Shown piece by piece: positions 12,501-26,299 of a stretch of 64,000 nucleotides of DNA. Position numbers and translations under genes: made by a program. Below the pieces are notes generated by a model. The model saw nothing but the letters and a program-made list of their open reading frames with translations. It made no database searches and was not told where the DNA came from. The DNA is taken from contig NC_043000.1 in the NCBI RefSeq assembly GCF_006345805.1, positions 49,972,001-50,036,000 on the forward strand, read 5' to 3'. How positions within the stretch are numbered: the stretch's first letter is position 1; every line of letters starts with the position of its first letter. Origin of the DNA: Octopus sinensis (taxonomy: Eukaryota).

Positions 12501-12919
12501 GGCGCAGGAGTGACTGTGTGGTAAGTAGCTTGCTTATGAACCACATGGTTCCGGGTTCAGTCCCACTGTGTGGCACCTTGGGCAAGTGTCTTCTACTATA
12601 GCCTCAGGCCAACCAAAGCCTTGTGAGTGGATTTGGTAGATGGAAACTGAAAGAAGCCCGTCATTATATGTATATATATATATATATATGTGTGTATGTA
12701 TGTGTGTGTAAGTGTTTGCATGTCTGTGTTTGTGCCCCCAACATCACTTGACAACTGATGGTGGTGTGCTTACATCCCTGTAACTTAGCAGTTCGGCAAA
12801 AGAGACCGATAGAATAAGTACTAGGCTTACAAAGAATAAGTCCCAGGGCTGATTTGGTCGACTAAAGCAGTGCTCCAGCATGGCGGCAGTCAAATGACTG
12901 AAGCAAGTAAAAGAGAGTA
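12501..12919 (+). mobile_element. Full-length SINE family A (tRNA-like head, internal (TA)n(TG)n, stem-loop plus GTAAAAGA tail)
   Basis: GGCGCAGGAGTGACTGTGTGG head, GGGTTCAGTCCC B-box, CCTTGGGCAAGT domain; near-identical copies at 21533, 25664 and 62909. Confidence 0.9.
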
Positions 12920-13978
12920 TAATTTACATAACTAAAATAAATAAATAAATAAAATGTATTAATAAATCAATTGGATCAATAATCAAAATGTAAATAAAAT
13001 ATGTTAAGGAGTGATAAACTGAATACTGTATGCTTTCTTCAAAAAACCAAAACAGAGGGTTTATTAGGTGTAATAAAATAAATGTTAAAGTCAACATGAG
13101 AGACTTTAGTGACAATCCCTAAAGGTGAAAAGGTTTTTATACTATTTTCAGGTTTCAGCATCTTCATTCTCATAATCCTCTTCTTTAGATTAAATAATAA
13201 TTTTAAAAAATACTAGTGCTGCTCTTGCTTTTGTAGAGAGAGAGCAATCAACATCTTTCATACCCAGCTGCTTTTTCAATGTGCTTGCATTCAGCCTTTC
13301 ACATGAAGTTATGCTGTAGGCAAGTACATGATTATAGCCTTTCTTAAAATAGTTTTTATGAGTTTAAATCTCATGGAAATAGTTCTGATACTTTTTCACC
13401 ATTCTTGGAGTTTAGCAAATGTTCATGTTTGCAAGAAAAAAAAAATTACATCCTGATAACCTTTATCGTGATGTGATTAAAATTTCATGGTTTTTATTAA
13501 GTAAATGCCTTGATCTTTGGTCCAGATAACCTCTTTTATATTTATATTAAATATATTATACAGAAGCCAGAATACATACTTGCTATTTAAAGAATCAAAT
13601 CTTATAATAATCAATGTTAGTGAAATCTTTAAATTTCAAATTCCAGAAGCTAGTTAAACAGTGGCAAAGATATTTGTTACAAATTAAATGTAGGTTATTT
13701 AAAGGTACTAAAGATTTGAAGGTAGCACAGCAATAAAGAATAAAACAACACAGAGGTTAAAGCAGAAGCAACTTATTTATTTGAAGAAGAGATATTTTCT
13801 CAATATTTGAAGTTTAAGAGAAAAGCTTGTATTTGATGGATCACTGAAATAAAACAGTGCATCTTTTCATTTCAAGCATATGAAAGGAACTAGTGAGCAA
13901 AGGAAAATTGTTTCAACATTTCTTAATTGAAAATATTATGTAATGTATATATATACACATATCTATATATATATATAC

Positions 13979-14039
<61 letters not shown>

Positions 14040-14050
14040 TACACACACAT

Positions 14051-14118
<68 letters not shown>

Positions 14119-15189
14119 CACATATATACTCTGTCTGCACATATCTGTGTTTGTCTCTATAAAATACATCTACGAGACCATATGGTTTATGTCTACATAT
14201 TTTAACTATTGGCTTGTTTGGTTTAGTTAGGGAGCAACATTATCTGATATCATCATCATCATTTTAATGCCCAAATTTCCATTCTTGCATAACTCAGACA
14301 GAATTTGTTGAGGCATATTTTCTATGGCCAGATTATCCTTCCTGTTTTCACCCTCATTTATTTTCCCCATGATCTGACTTGCTTTCACAGTAGATTGAAA
14401 ACAAACAACGTTATGATGGTTTACATCACTCATCCTCTGCAAGACAAGGCGACACTAACTCACACATGCATTCACATACACACATACATATCTATGACAG
14501 GCTTCTTTCAGTTTTCACCAACCATATCCACTCACAAAGCTTTTATTGGCCCAGAGGTATCAACTCCACTCACAAGACTTTGGTTGGCAAGTGGTTACAC
14601 TAGAAGACACTTGCCCAAGATGCTTTACAGTGGGACTGAATCTACATGACTGACAAGCAGGCCTTTGAACCATACAGCCAGGCCTGTATTAAAATATGTT
14701 TCTCAATTTTCTTCTTCATGGAGACTTTGCTATTTCTGAGCAATAATGTAAAAGGTACTTCATTGGCTGTTTAACTTAGTAGAGTATTAATGTTTATATG
14801 CATATGAAGGTGAGCCTGTTTCTCAGCAATGTGTACGTGTGTGAGGGGTGATTCTTTTATCTCTATGGGTAATGCAATGCATAATACAATTACATTTTCA
14901 TTTGTTTCTAGTTATCTATATCAATAACTCTGTCATGGTTGGAAATGCTGGACATTGTCAGAATGACAATATGTAAAAGAAATGCAACTGAGAAACTTTC
15001 TTTGAGAATATGAAGATGCTGCTCTGTTTTGTATAGGCTGATAAAATAACATTGGCTAGCAAATTTTGCTAATTAAATTTATCAGATATTACTTGTTACA
15101 ATTAAAATTTAACATTGAAAATTAATTAGTTTCTTATGAATTGGTGATAGACAAATAAACAACATAAAATATACATACATTTACACACA

Positions 15190-15191
15190 CA

Positions 15192-15248
<57 letters not shown>

Positions 15249-15293
15249 TCGATGATGATGATGATGATGATCATCATCATCATCATCATCATC
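15190..15293. repeat. (GAT)n array that switches strand to (CAT)n
   Basis: 15251-15290 is a perfect 40-bp palindrome. Confidence 0.9.
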
Positions 15294-15550
15294 AAGGGGA
15301 AATAGCTCAAACAGACAAATGGCATGGAGGAAATGTACTTACATGATGAACACAAAAACATTCTTAATGAATTTTTAGCCCCTTTGTTAGAGAAAGAAAA
15401 CAAAAACCTAGTGGCAACTGTTTACAACTATCAAAGACAAGTAGAGATAATCTCATGGAATAATGAATTAATTTCATAGGAAATTATTAGTTTTCATGCT
15501 TAGAGGAAAATCTAATCATTGTTAACAGGCACAGTGACAGCTACACACAT

Positions 15551-15598
<48 letters not shown>

Positions 15599-15643
15599 TT
15601 TATATTTGTATGTATATGTATATCTATATATATATATGTATAG

Positions 15644-15703
<60 letters not shown>

Positions 15704-18700
15704 ATTCATTAATTAATGTTATGAATATAATCTATAGACAAACATAACTCAGTCGCTTCAGTTTAATATGTATACATTCATGTTTGTTATGTGCATAATT
15801 GCATGTATATGTGTGTGTGTTCCTATGTATGTATGAATAAATTGTCCAAGTGCTTAAGGTTTTCCTTATAATCATTAATTGAAATTAATGAAGCATTGAA
15901 ATCAACTTATTCCTAGAACTATCATTGCTGCCTTTCAGTGAGGAAGAATTAATCAAGGTTTAACACCACCTCCATCAGAAATAATCTGCTTAGGCAGACT
16001 TGACCACTGATAACCCATACTTGTTGAAATATCTTATAGGCTTTATCGTATTAGATAAAGAGTTCCTGAGTTAAATTTAACATTACACAGTGGCTCAAAT
16101 GAAATCAAGTATATCCTAGACAATTATAGGACATAATGGTAACATGGCACCATGTCTATTTTGATAATTGTAACACCTTCAGAGAGCCCTAGTGGCATTC
16201 ATATCAGCATGAGTTAGTGAGAGAGAATGAGAGAGTGAGAGAGTGAAGCAGAAGGGAGAGAGAGAGAGAGAGAGTGGAGAGCGAGAAAGGGGTGAGAGAA
16301 AAGAGAGGAAGGACATTATTAAGTAATTGTTCACTCTCTGCAAATGATCTCAAATATGTTATAATGAGATACAATAGCAGAGTGTGAGTAGGGAGAGAGT
16401 AGTAGCAACTGTGCTTTCATTTACCGAACAAAGTTTATGATGGGAAATTTATTACAGCTCATCATTAAAAATGGAGACTCTTACATTTAGTTGTCATGAC
16501 AGTAAGATGTGATTAAATATTAACGACTAGTTCTTGCGACAACGGGTAGTAACGATATGATAGTTAGCATCAAGTTGATGACTGAATATATCTGGTGAAT
16601 TATTGAGTGACATAAACTTATAAACATTAAATGAAAAATAGATTGTTGAGTATAAATTTTGTAGGTGTCCCAGTTGCTGCTGTTTAAAGCCAGTGAATGA
16701 GACCTTATCACTCTGTACTTTCCATAAACAAAATGCCATTTAGATTTTATTTTATTTTCAGTCAAACCTTCTGAATCCTAATTTTGCTTCTTCCAACAGT
16801 TTGATAGTCTCATATAAATAGATAATACATATAATTTGACTCAATTTATCTGGTTGAAAAATAGGTATTATATTGTTATTTGACACCAGTGATTTGTTTG
16901 CAATAAAGAAAGAATGAATTTATTTATCAACATAAATTTTTTTCTAAATGTTTAAACAATTTACAGACATCAATATAATATCATGCCTAAGCAGGATAAA
17001 TAGAGTCAATTGTTTCACTTTGTTTTAACTGCCATGAAGGTACTACAATTTCTGGTTCATTCACTTAAATTCCTATCCAGTTTATATTGTTCCTTATAAG
17101 TTACTTTCCTCCATGTTATATAATTCCATATAATCTTTTAACCAATAATTTCGCAACCTATCAATTTGGTCAATCAATTGACTTTCAATCTAGAAAAAAA
17201 TTACCTACACATATTAAATGAAAATAAACAGAAAGAAATGAAATTATTCAAAGCATCATGCCTATAATGTTATGCCCTGCCTTATATGTTAAAAATATTC
17301 CTGAAATCTAATAGCATGAAATAGTGGACTTAAGATGAAGCAAAAAATATGAAAAAAATCTATGAAATACTGCAAAAATGTACAAACTTCATTTATCTAT
17401 AACCAAGAGCTGCTGATGGCCAACAGTAGAGTATTCAATAGCCAGTCAAAGGAGGGCTAACAGTTTATTGTATTATGTCTACTGCAGAAACCACAAGGTG
17501 TTATTTTAACAACTATAAACAATGTCAGTATTTTCAAAATTTGAGAGCTTTCATGAGCTTATGCGTGCTGAGTGCTTGACTTTTCATGCAGTAAGCTTTC
17601 TTTGGTTGAATGGATCCTGTCCAAGGGAATAGTTTTGTCCCATAAATTTAATTACTTACAGAATCAATTATATTTATTGACACAAAATAATCGCTTTTAG
17701 CATATGTATAAGGCCATGAAACTTAAAGATGTCTGTAACCAAGTAGATTGATCCTGGTACTTGACAAATAATTATTTTATCTATGCCACAAGAATGACAG
17801 TCAAAAATTGATCCTTAGGGATGTTTGAACTCAGATTGCAAAGGAACTGGTTTAATCAAAGCAAAAATATCTAGTCTGCATCTCTACCAACACTGTCAAT
17901 AACAAAATAATTCTGATTATTTTCTTAGAATTGGTACAAAGCTGTGAATTTGTCAGGGAAAGATAGAGTTGGCTGAATTGATTCTAGTACATGAATGATA
18001 ACTTTGACTGTGGATTTTGAGGAAGAGGCCTAATGGGGATATATGGAAAATTTGTTTATAAATATATTTAGAGTAGTTAATACAGAGCAGTCAACTTATA
18101 ATGAGTAGGTATGACAGAGTAAACAACAGAAAGTATTTATCAGAAAAGGCAGTTGTAGCTGCAAAGATATATGAGAAGTGATACAGACATGCCAAATCCA
18201 GAGCAAGAATAAAAAACACTCTTTCAACCACAATAGTTTGTCTGATTTTTAATCTAATCACTAACAAAATCTGGTGAAATGCCAAAAAAGGTCATGTCAA
18301 TCATTAATACAGTTTGTAGGCAATAACATTATTCCATATTCTTCTACGCTTCTTTGAGAGGAATTTATCTCCATAGTGAAGACCATACATACTCTAACAG
18401 GTTGATTTACTGTCAATATGTTCTGCAAGCATTTGTCAGAGCAATTGACTAAAATGCCTTACCACATTTAGTTACACCTACCTCTTTATATTTTAAGTTC
18501 AAATCCTGCTGAGATAAACTTTATCTTTCATCAACGTGGTGTTGAACAAATGAAATAGAGAAAACAATTGATTATACCCTTCCAACAAAATTGTGACCTT
18601 GTACCAATTTTATAAACCAATATATTCTATTGTAGAAATTAAAAATAGATATGAGACTGTGGACTCCCATATTGTGAGTTGAACTCACTGCAGGGTACAG

Positions 18701-18789
18701 GGCACTTTATTTTACATTGCTTCAGTTTTGAACATGAAATGCATTTATGACAGACAAGTTGTTCTACTTAAAGAGTTTTACACTACGTT

Positions 18790-19290
18790 TACTTTACATT
18801 ATGTGTGCAATGCCTAGTAGTGCTATTTTCTGTATGTTATATATACTTATAAGTCCTGATGTTTTTGTTATGTATTTTCTGAATGATTTTTTATCATACC
18901 TAGTGCTCCTACTATTATAGGAATTGTTTTTGTTTTTATCTCCACATTCAAGTTACCTCTATTTCTAGATCTTTGTATTTCGAAAGTTTCTCTATTTCTT
19001 TTAGAGAAACATTGTCATCTGTTGGTATTGATATATTGATTAGAAAGCATGTTTTTCTTGGTGATCTCTGACAACAATAGCCAGCCTATTGGCCTTAATT
19101 TTTCTATCTATGTGTATTGGCATATCCGATAATATGGTCGCCTTCTCATTTTCTGTGACCTTTTCTGGGGTGTGCCTATACGATCTTTTTCCTGTAGTTA
19201 TTCTATAGTATTGGCATAGCTTCCAGTGTATATAGGTCTCAACTCTGTCATGTCTATGAATGCATTCCTTCTTAGCCAGAGACAATATGG
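18790..19290 (-). mobile_element. R4/Dong-clade non-LTR retrotransposon, restriction-like endonuclease C-terminus (5'-truncated, degraded)
   Basis: HRHDRVETYIHWKLCQYY...HTPEKVTENEKATILSDMPIHIDRKIKANRLAIVVRD then, frame-shifted, LINISIPTDDNVSLKEIEKLSKYKDLEIEV...TIPIIVGALG...IQKIALLGIAHI. These match the RHD, NRPD and KYxDL motifs of RLE elements. The 5' end abuts a (TAA/TGA)n tract. Confidence 0.85.
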
Positions 19291-19375
19291 TTATTATCAT
19301 CATCATCATCATCATCATCATCATTATTATTATTATTATTATCATCATTATAATTATTATTATAATTGCTAAGGT

Positions 19376-19590
19376 GTCAAGCTGGCAGAATTGTTAACAC
19401 ACTGGACAAAATTCCTAGCAGTATTTCACCTATCAGTAAATTCTGAGTTCAAATCCTGCCAGAGTTGACTTTGCCTTGCATCCTTTCGGGGTCAATGAAA
19501 TAAGTACCAGCGAAATGCTGGGGTCGATGTGACCAACTAGTCCCCTCCCCCAAATTTCAGGTATTGTACCTATTGTAGAAAAGACTATTA
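19376..19590 (+). mobile_element. SINE family C
   Basis: GCTGGCAGAATTGTTAAC...GAGTTCAAATCC...CATCCTTTCGGGGTC. Confidence 0.75.
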
Positions 19591-19864
19591 TTATTGCTGC
19601 TGCTGCTGCCCCTATTTCTACCACCACCACCTCACTACTTACTGGATTAGCTTATGTCACCTTCCTGGCAGCAATATTTTCTGTTTATTGCCTCTAGGCC
19701 TTTATTTCAACTGCAGTTGGGTAATACAAACTTTTTGTTTATTCTTTTATCTGCCGGAAGACAATAGAGTTAGAAGGTGCTAACTCTCTCTCTCTTTCTC
19801 TCTCTCAATATACATATATACTATTAAAAATTTCTCTAATATTGAATTAATAATTCTAGCATTA

Positions 19865-20070
<206 letters not shown>

Positions 20071-20913
20071 CTGTTGGAGATTTAGTTTAAAGTTTTGTAG
20101 TTCATTGTTTTTTTTGTTTTTTTGGGTACATATTTTTTTTCAATTCCATTTGAGTCTATTTTCTCTCCAATTCAAATCCAGGGAGGTATAAGCATCTTCT
20201 TTCTAATGTAAACATTAAATCTAAATAATTGCACAGCAAGAAACACTTTCTCAAATTGCTTTCTCTTTCCTACATATGTATGTATGTGCATGACTGCATA
20301 TCTATGTATGTATGCATATGTACATATACATAAATATGCATAATTATACATTATCCATTCAAGGCATGTGCCACTGGAGAAAAACAGATGACGAAGATGA
20401 TATACACAAATAAATATATGCATACAACCATACATACATACATACACACACATATATATAATTATATATAAATATATAAATATGTAATTTTATCTATATG
20501 TACATGTGTGAGTGTTTTTGTGTGTATACATACACACACATATGTATATATCTTTGTGTATATGTGTACATCTTCCAAATGATGGAGGGACATAAATAAA
20601 CAACATACATGAAGGAGAAAACAATATCATGTAAAAATTAACCTTCAAGATAACCAAACAAAACAACCTACACATAGTAAATTTGATAGACATGACACTA
20701 AATCTGCCTACTACAGCATTTCTCAACTGGGGTTTCCTGGAACCCTAGGGTGTCACAAAACGCTCCTAGGGGTTCCATAAGAAAGTGCGAGTTAAGCTAA
20801 TGCTAATTTCATGATCGTAATATTACTACACATGGACAACATATTATTGGTTATTGTAATATTTTAATATAGACATCATCCTATCTAACCTATTATGTTA
20901 TCAAAAAAATATA

Positions 20914-21190
20914 ACATGGCTTAGTGGTTAGAGTGTTGCACTCACAATTGCAAGATTGTGGGTTCAATTCCCAGACCAAGCATTGTGTTCTGTTCTTGAG
21001 CAAAGCACTTCATTTCATGTTGCCTTGCAATCATTTTGACATCTGACATGTGGCACCCACATGTACAGGTAATGTTGATTTGATGGAGGGAGTAAGCTTA
21101 TATCTACACAAACATTTGATTACTATAAACAAATCATCTGTGTGGTTGTTCGGTAATAAATTGTCGAACCCTTATACATTGTCTAACAAC
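20914..21190 (+). mobile_element. tRNA-derived SINE family E
   Basis: A-box TGGCTTAGTGGTTAG, B-box GGGTTCAATTCCC, CTTGAGCAAAGCACTT domain. Confidence 0.7.
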
Positions 21191-21209
21191 AGGAGAGTCT
21201 ATTACATAT

Positions 21210-21410
21210 ATCATCATCATCATCATCATCATCATTATCATTAGCGTCCGCTTTCCATGCTATCATGGGTTGGACAGGTCAACTGGGGTCTGTGAAGCTG
21301 GAAGGCTTCGTCAGGCCCAGTCAGATCTGGCAGTGTTTCTACGGGGATGCCCTTCCTAACGCCAACCACTCCGCGAGTGTAGTAGGTGTTTTTTACGTGC
21401 CACCTGCACG
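21210..21410 (-). mobile_element. RTE 3' tail fragment ending in (GAT)n
   Basis: Reverse complement nearly matches 29290-29482. Confidence 0.88.
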
Positions 21411-21532
21411 TATATATATATATATTATATATATATATATATATATGATATTTACCACATGAACTGCAAAGAAAAAATATGAGAAAGATAATGTCTATAG
21501 TTTTTTTTTTGTGCTGGGTTTTCCTGAGATAT

Positions 21533-21954
21533 TCTCTTTTACTCTTTTACTTGTTTCAGTCATTTGACTTCAGCCATGCTGGAGCACCGCCTTTAGTTGA
21601 GCAAATTGACCCCAGGACTTATTCTTTGTAAACCTAGTACTTATTCTGTCAGTCTCTTTTGCCAAACCGCTAAGTTACAGGGATGTAAACATACCAGCAT
21701 CAGTTGTCAAGCGATGTTGGGGGGGACAAACACAGACACACAAACGCATACACATACATACATACATACATATATATATATATACATATATACAATGGGC
21801 TTCTTTCAGTTTCCGTCTACCAAATCCACTCACAAGGATTTGGTTGGCCCGAGGCTATAGTAGAAGACACTTGCCCAAAGTGCCACGCAGTGGGACTGAA
21901 TCCAGAACCATGTGGTTGGTAAGCAAGCTACTTACCACACAGCCACTCCTGCAC
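21533..21954 (-). mobile_element. Full-length SINE family A
   Basis: Reverse complement of the 62909-63334 type; tail CTCTTTTACTCTTTTAC. Confidence 0.9.
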
Positions 21955-22019
21955 ATGTAATTTATTTTCAGGGTTACGCAAGGGTAAAAAGGTTAAGAAA
22001 CACTGAACTATAGGAACAC

Positions 22020-22440
22020 ACTACTCTTATAGAAAACTAAACAAAGCACCACTATATATAAACAAATATTCTAACCCCACACCTTCTGAAATAAAGATCC
22101 AAATCACGATATCCCCTAACAAAAAAAAAAGAAATCTGCTCAATCAAGTAGCGCCGTGACTACAACAAAGACCTAATAAGCAAATGGGATTATGAAAAAA
22201 AAATTCGAATACATACTAAAAGTCACATAAACAAATTATTGGCCAAACAAAATTAGAAAAAAGAAATGTCATCAGAATCAACCTACTCTTCAAACTAAAC
22301 ATAGTGACAAATGTGGAAAAAAAAAAATACTTCTCAAAATTGATTACTAAGCATTTCCCAATCAACCATAGATAACAAAACTATTAAGCAAAACCAGCAA
22401 CAGCTGCAAAAGAAACACATACCATGCCATCCAAGCTACG
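22020..22440 (+). mobile_element. Degraded PLE ORF relic (RT C-terminus/linker before GIY-YIG)
   Basis: YRKLNKAPLYINKYSNPTPSEIK ... RNVIRINLLFKLNIVTNVEKK.. LITKHFPINHR resembles the PLE motifs YRKPNxxPLYINxxSNHPP and NxIWFNPPFxxxVxTNIGKxFLxLIxKHFP. Confidence 0.65.
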
Positions 22441-22807
22441 TATAGCTGTTAATCTAGAAATACATGGCTCAAAGCTAAAAATTAATGGGTCACAACCGTG
22501 ATCAATTTTTAAGAATAGAAATAATGTATATGGTAATAATAATGCAAGAGGAACAAACTGACAAAACAGAAATGAGTAAAAAGAAAGAAATTGAGATATT
22601 CAATGTTAGATACATGCGACACAAACATGCTATAAGAGCGTTTGTGGATGAATGCAACTTTTTTAGCAAAGTGCTTATAGGTTGACTTGATGCTATGGTG
22701 AGGACGTGTGCCCAAGTTACCAAGTAGTATCACCAAAACTGGGACCTCAAGGTTATGAAGCAAACTGCTTTCCTGCATCCCTGTATATCTATCTATATAT
22801 CTATCTA

Positions 22808-22847
<40 letters not shown>

Positions 22848-22874
22848 TATAGATAGATAGATAGATTGATATAT

Positions 22875-22924
<50 letters not shown>

Positions 22925-23075
22925 TAAGAGATAATGGTGTCATTGAAACCCAAAATGTCAGGTAATGCTGAATTACCAGACAGACCATAGTGTTAAATTC
23001 CAGATTCGGTAATATTGTGAATAAGGGGTTCAACATTGGTTCTATGTCAGCTTCTGTATATAAGAATTTCTTGCA

Positions 23076-23186
23076 TAATAAGATAAAAAACCAAGGCTGT
23101 ATAGATATTAGAGCATTTATAGATATAAATGCTCTGATGTCTATAAATGCTCTAATATCTATACAGCCTTGGTTTTTATCTTATTA
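23076..23186. repeat. Fold-back inverted repeat (~49-bp arms) at the end of a 270-bp island between (GATA)n and (TA)n
   Basis: TAATAAGATAAAAAACCAAGGCTGTATAGATATTAGAGCATTTATAGA and its near-perfect reverse complement. Confidence 0.85.
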
Positions 23187-23199
23187 CACAAAAAATTAT

Positions 23200-23224
23200 T
23201 ATATATATATATACATATATATAT

Positions 23225-23278
<54 letters not shown>

Positions 23279-23333
23279 TATATATGTATATATATATGAT
23301 ATATTTATATATATATATATTTATATATATCTA

Positions 23334-23387
<54 letters not shown>

Positions 23388-23457
23388 GAATATATATATG
23401 TGTATATATATATGTATATATTTATATATATATATATATTTATATATAATATATATT

Positions 23458-23512
<55 letters not shown>

Positions 23513-23593
23513 GTATATATATATGTATATATATATGTATATATTATATATATATATATTTTATATAATATATATATTTATATATATAATATT

Positions 23594-23628
<35 letters not shown>

Positions 23629-23709
23629 TTTATATAATATATTTATATATATAGATTTATATATATATATTTATATATATATATTTATATATATATATTT
23701 ATATATATA

Positions 23710-23773
<64 letters not shown>

Positions 23774-23819
23774 ATTTATATATATAATATATATATATAT
23801 ATATATTATATATATTTAT

Positions 23820-23890
<71 letters not shown>

Positions 23891-23912
23891 TATATTTATA
23901 TATATATATATT

Positions 23913-23947
<35 letters not shown>

Positions 23948-23983
23948 TTATATATATATATATATATTATATATATATATATT

Positions 23984-24020
<37 letters not shown>

Positions 24021-24033
24021 ATATTTATATATA
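23200..24033. repeat. Long imperfect (TA)n array
   Basis: Direct inspection. Confidence 0.97.
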
Positions 24034-25050
24034 TACTTTGATACTTTGATACTTTGATAGGTTTCGGCCATTATTGGCCCAGACCATGTCTAACTTAATA
24101 GCACCACCTGGTGAAGTCTTTCAAGTCAGAATTTGGGCACTATGGCCCACTCAAGTAGAGAGTTATTGTTATAGAGACATATCCGGGTGTAGGGGGTTTA
24201 TCCGGGATTTCTTGAAGGAATCTGTCCAAAGACTTCTTGAACCCTATAGGGTCAGTTTCTGTTTTAATGTGTTTTGGTGTAATGTTAAAGAGAGCGGGGC
24301 CAATTGAGGTGAAATAATTGTGCCATATTGTTGTTATGAGATGAGAGTGCGATTTTTGTTTTGGGCGGATGGCACGGGGCCCAAGCCTTGGATGTACCTT
24401 AAAGGTGATGCCAACATCATTTGGGCAATGCTGATGGAATATTTTCCACATCATGCAGATGATGTAGCGCTCACGACGACGTTGGAGAGAATAGAGTTTT
24501 AGGTTTTCTAGTCGACCCCAATAGTCGAGGCCTGTCATGCCATCTATCTTTTTTGTGATTGCCCTTTGAGGTGCTTCAACTTTTATGATACCTTGTATTG
24601 TGTGGGGAGACCACAGTGGACAACAGTATTCAAGGTAGGGTCGGGCAAAAGTGGAGAAGAGAAGGATAATGGTGTGGATATCTCTCGACTGGAAAGTTCT
24701 GAGAATCCAGGAACACATTCTGCGGGCCATGTCAACTTTGGTGTTTATATGAGTGGCCCAGCTTATGTTGTTGTCCACAATTACTCCCAAGTCTCTGATG
24801 TTGTTGGACGCCGCGAGAGTTTCACCTGAAGGATGGGAGTATGGGAGTTTCAGGGCATCCTCTTTTCCAAAGTGGATTAGCTCAAATTTATCCTCGTTCA
24901 GCAGCATATTGTTTTTTCTGCCCATTGGATACAGCCAGTAGATCTGACTGAAGGCATGTCCGGTCACTCGCCTCATTTATGACCTTCTGTAGCTTGGAGT
25001 CATCTGCAAAGATTTTTATGTTGCTGTGCTTGATGATGTCATTAATGTCA
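24034..25050 (-). mobile_element. 5'-truncated CR1-clade LINE (RT C-half, 3' stem-loop, 8-bp terminal repeats)
   Basis: IKIFADDSK at ~24990-25020; ORF 24140..24976 has RDLGVIVD, RPYLEYCCPLWSP, YWGRLENLKLYSLQRRRER; 3' GGCCA-ATAA-TGGCC hairpin (24066-24079) then (ATCAAAGT)3. Confidence 0.9.
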
Positions 25051-25054
25051 TATT

Positions 25055-25089
<35 letters not shown>

Positions 25090-25410
25090 TTATATGTATA
25101 TATATATATTTATATATATATATATATTATTTATATGTATATATATATATTTATATATATATATATTTATTTATATTATATATATATATATATTATTATA
25201 TATATATAATATATATATATATATAGATATATATATATATATATATATTTATATGTATATATATATATTTATATATATATTATATAATATATATATATAT
25301 TATATATATATATATATATTATGTATATATTTATATATATATATATATATATTTATATATTTATATATTTATATATATATATATATATATATTATATATT
25401 TATATATACA
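25050..25410. repeat. Long imperfect (TA)n array
   Basis: Direct inspection. Confidence 0.97.
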
Positions 25411-25663
25411 TTGCAATATTCTTGTAATTTACTTAATCTTTACTTTTTAATTGTTATTTTAATTTTAACTTTTCTATTATATGTAATTTTCTAGATGGTG
25501 TACTTTAATTATTCATTTTGAATTGATAAAAGGTGTTTTTTTCTAATATTTTATATATATTATACTGTGTGGAATTTGATTTAGTATTTCTAAATTGAAT
25601 TCTTTTTCCATGTAAGTTTGGATTTTATTCCCTCAAATAATAAATATATATTTATATATATAT

Positions 25664-25819
25664 GCACAGGAGTAGCTTGTTTACAAACCACATGGTTTCG
25701 GGTTCAGTCCCACTGCGTGGCACCTTGGGCAAGTGTCTTCTACTATAGCCTCGGGCTGACCAAAGCCTTGTGAGTGGATTTGGTAGACGGAAACTGAAAA
25801 GAAGCCCGTCGTATATATG

Positions 25820-25887
<68 letters not shown>

Positions 25888-26088
25888 TGTGTCTGTTTGC
25901 TTGACAACCGATGCTGGTGTGTTTATGTTCCCGTTACTTAGCGGTTCGGCAAAAGAGACCGATAGAATAAGTACTGGGCTTACAAAAAGAATATGTCCCG
26001 GGGTCGAGTTGCTCGATTAAAGGCAGTGCTCCAGCATGGCCACAGTCAAATGACTGAAACAAGTAAAAGAGTAAAAGCGTAAAAGAGT
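25664..26088 (+). mobile_element. SINE family A (small 5' deletion)
   Basis: Same head, microsatellite and tail as 12501 and 62909; tail GTAAAAGAGTAAAAGCGTAAAAGA. Confidence 0.9.
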
Positions 26089-26099
26089 ATATATACACA

Positions 26100-26299
26100 G
26101 CTGGTAAAAATTAGTAGTACATGCATTTCAGAGGGCCAGCCTTGTCACAATCTGTGTCACACTGAATCCCCCTGAGAACTATTTTAAGGGGACACATGTT
26201 TGTGGAGTGCTCAGCCACATGCATGTTAATTTCACAAGCAGGCTGTTCCATCAATCAGATCAACTGTAACCCTCACCATCATAAGCAACGGAATGCCAG

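Larger units (their letters stand above)
20714..22005 (+). mobile_element. hAT-type MITE ends enclosing three nested retroposons
   Basis: CAGCATTTCTCAAC at 20714 and GTTAAGAAACACTG ending 22005 resemble the hAT MITE TIRs; no matching TSD found. Confidence 0.4.

Noticed and set aside
24060-24085. Hammerhead at the CR1 3' end (GGCC...GGCC-GAAAC)
   Set aside because: There is no CUGANGA core or GUH site; it is the usual LINE 3' stem-loop
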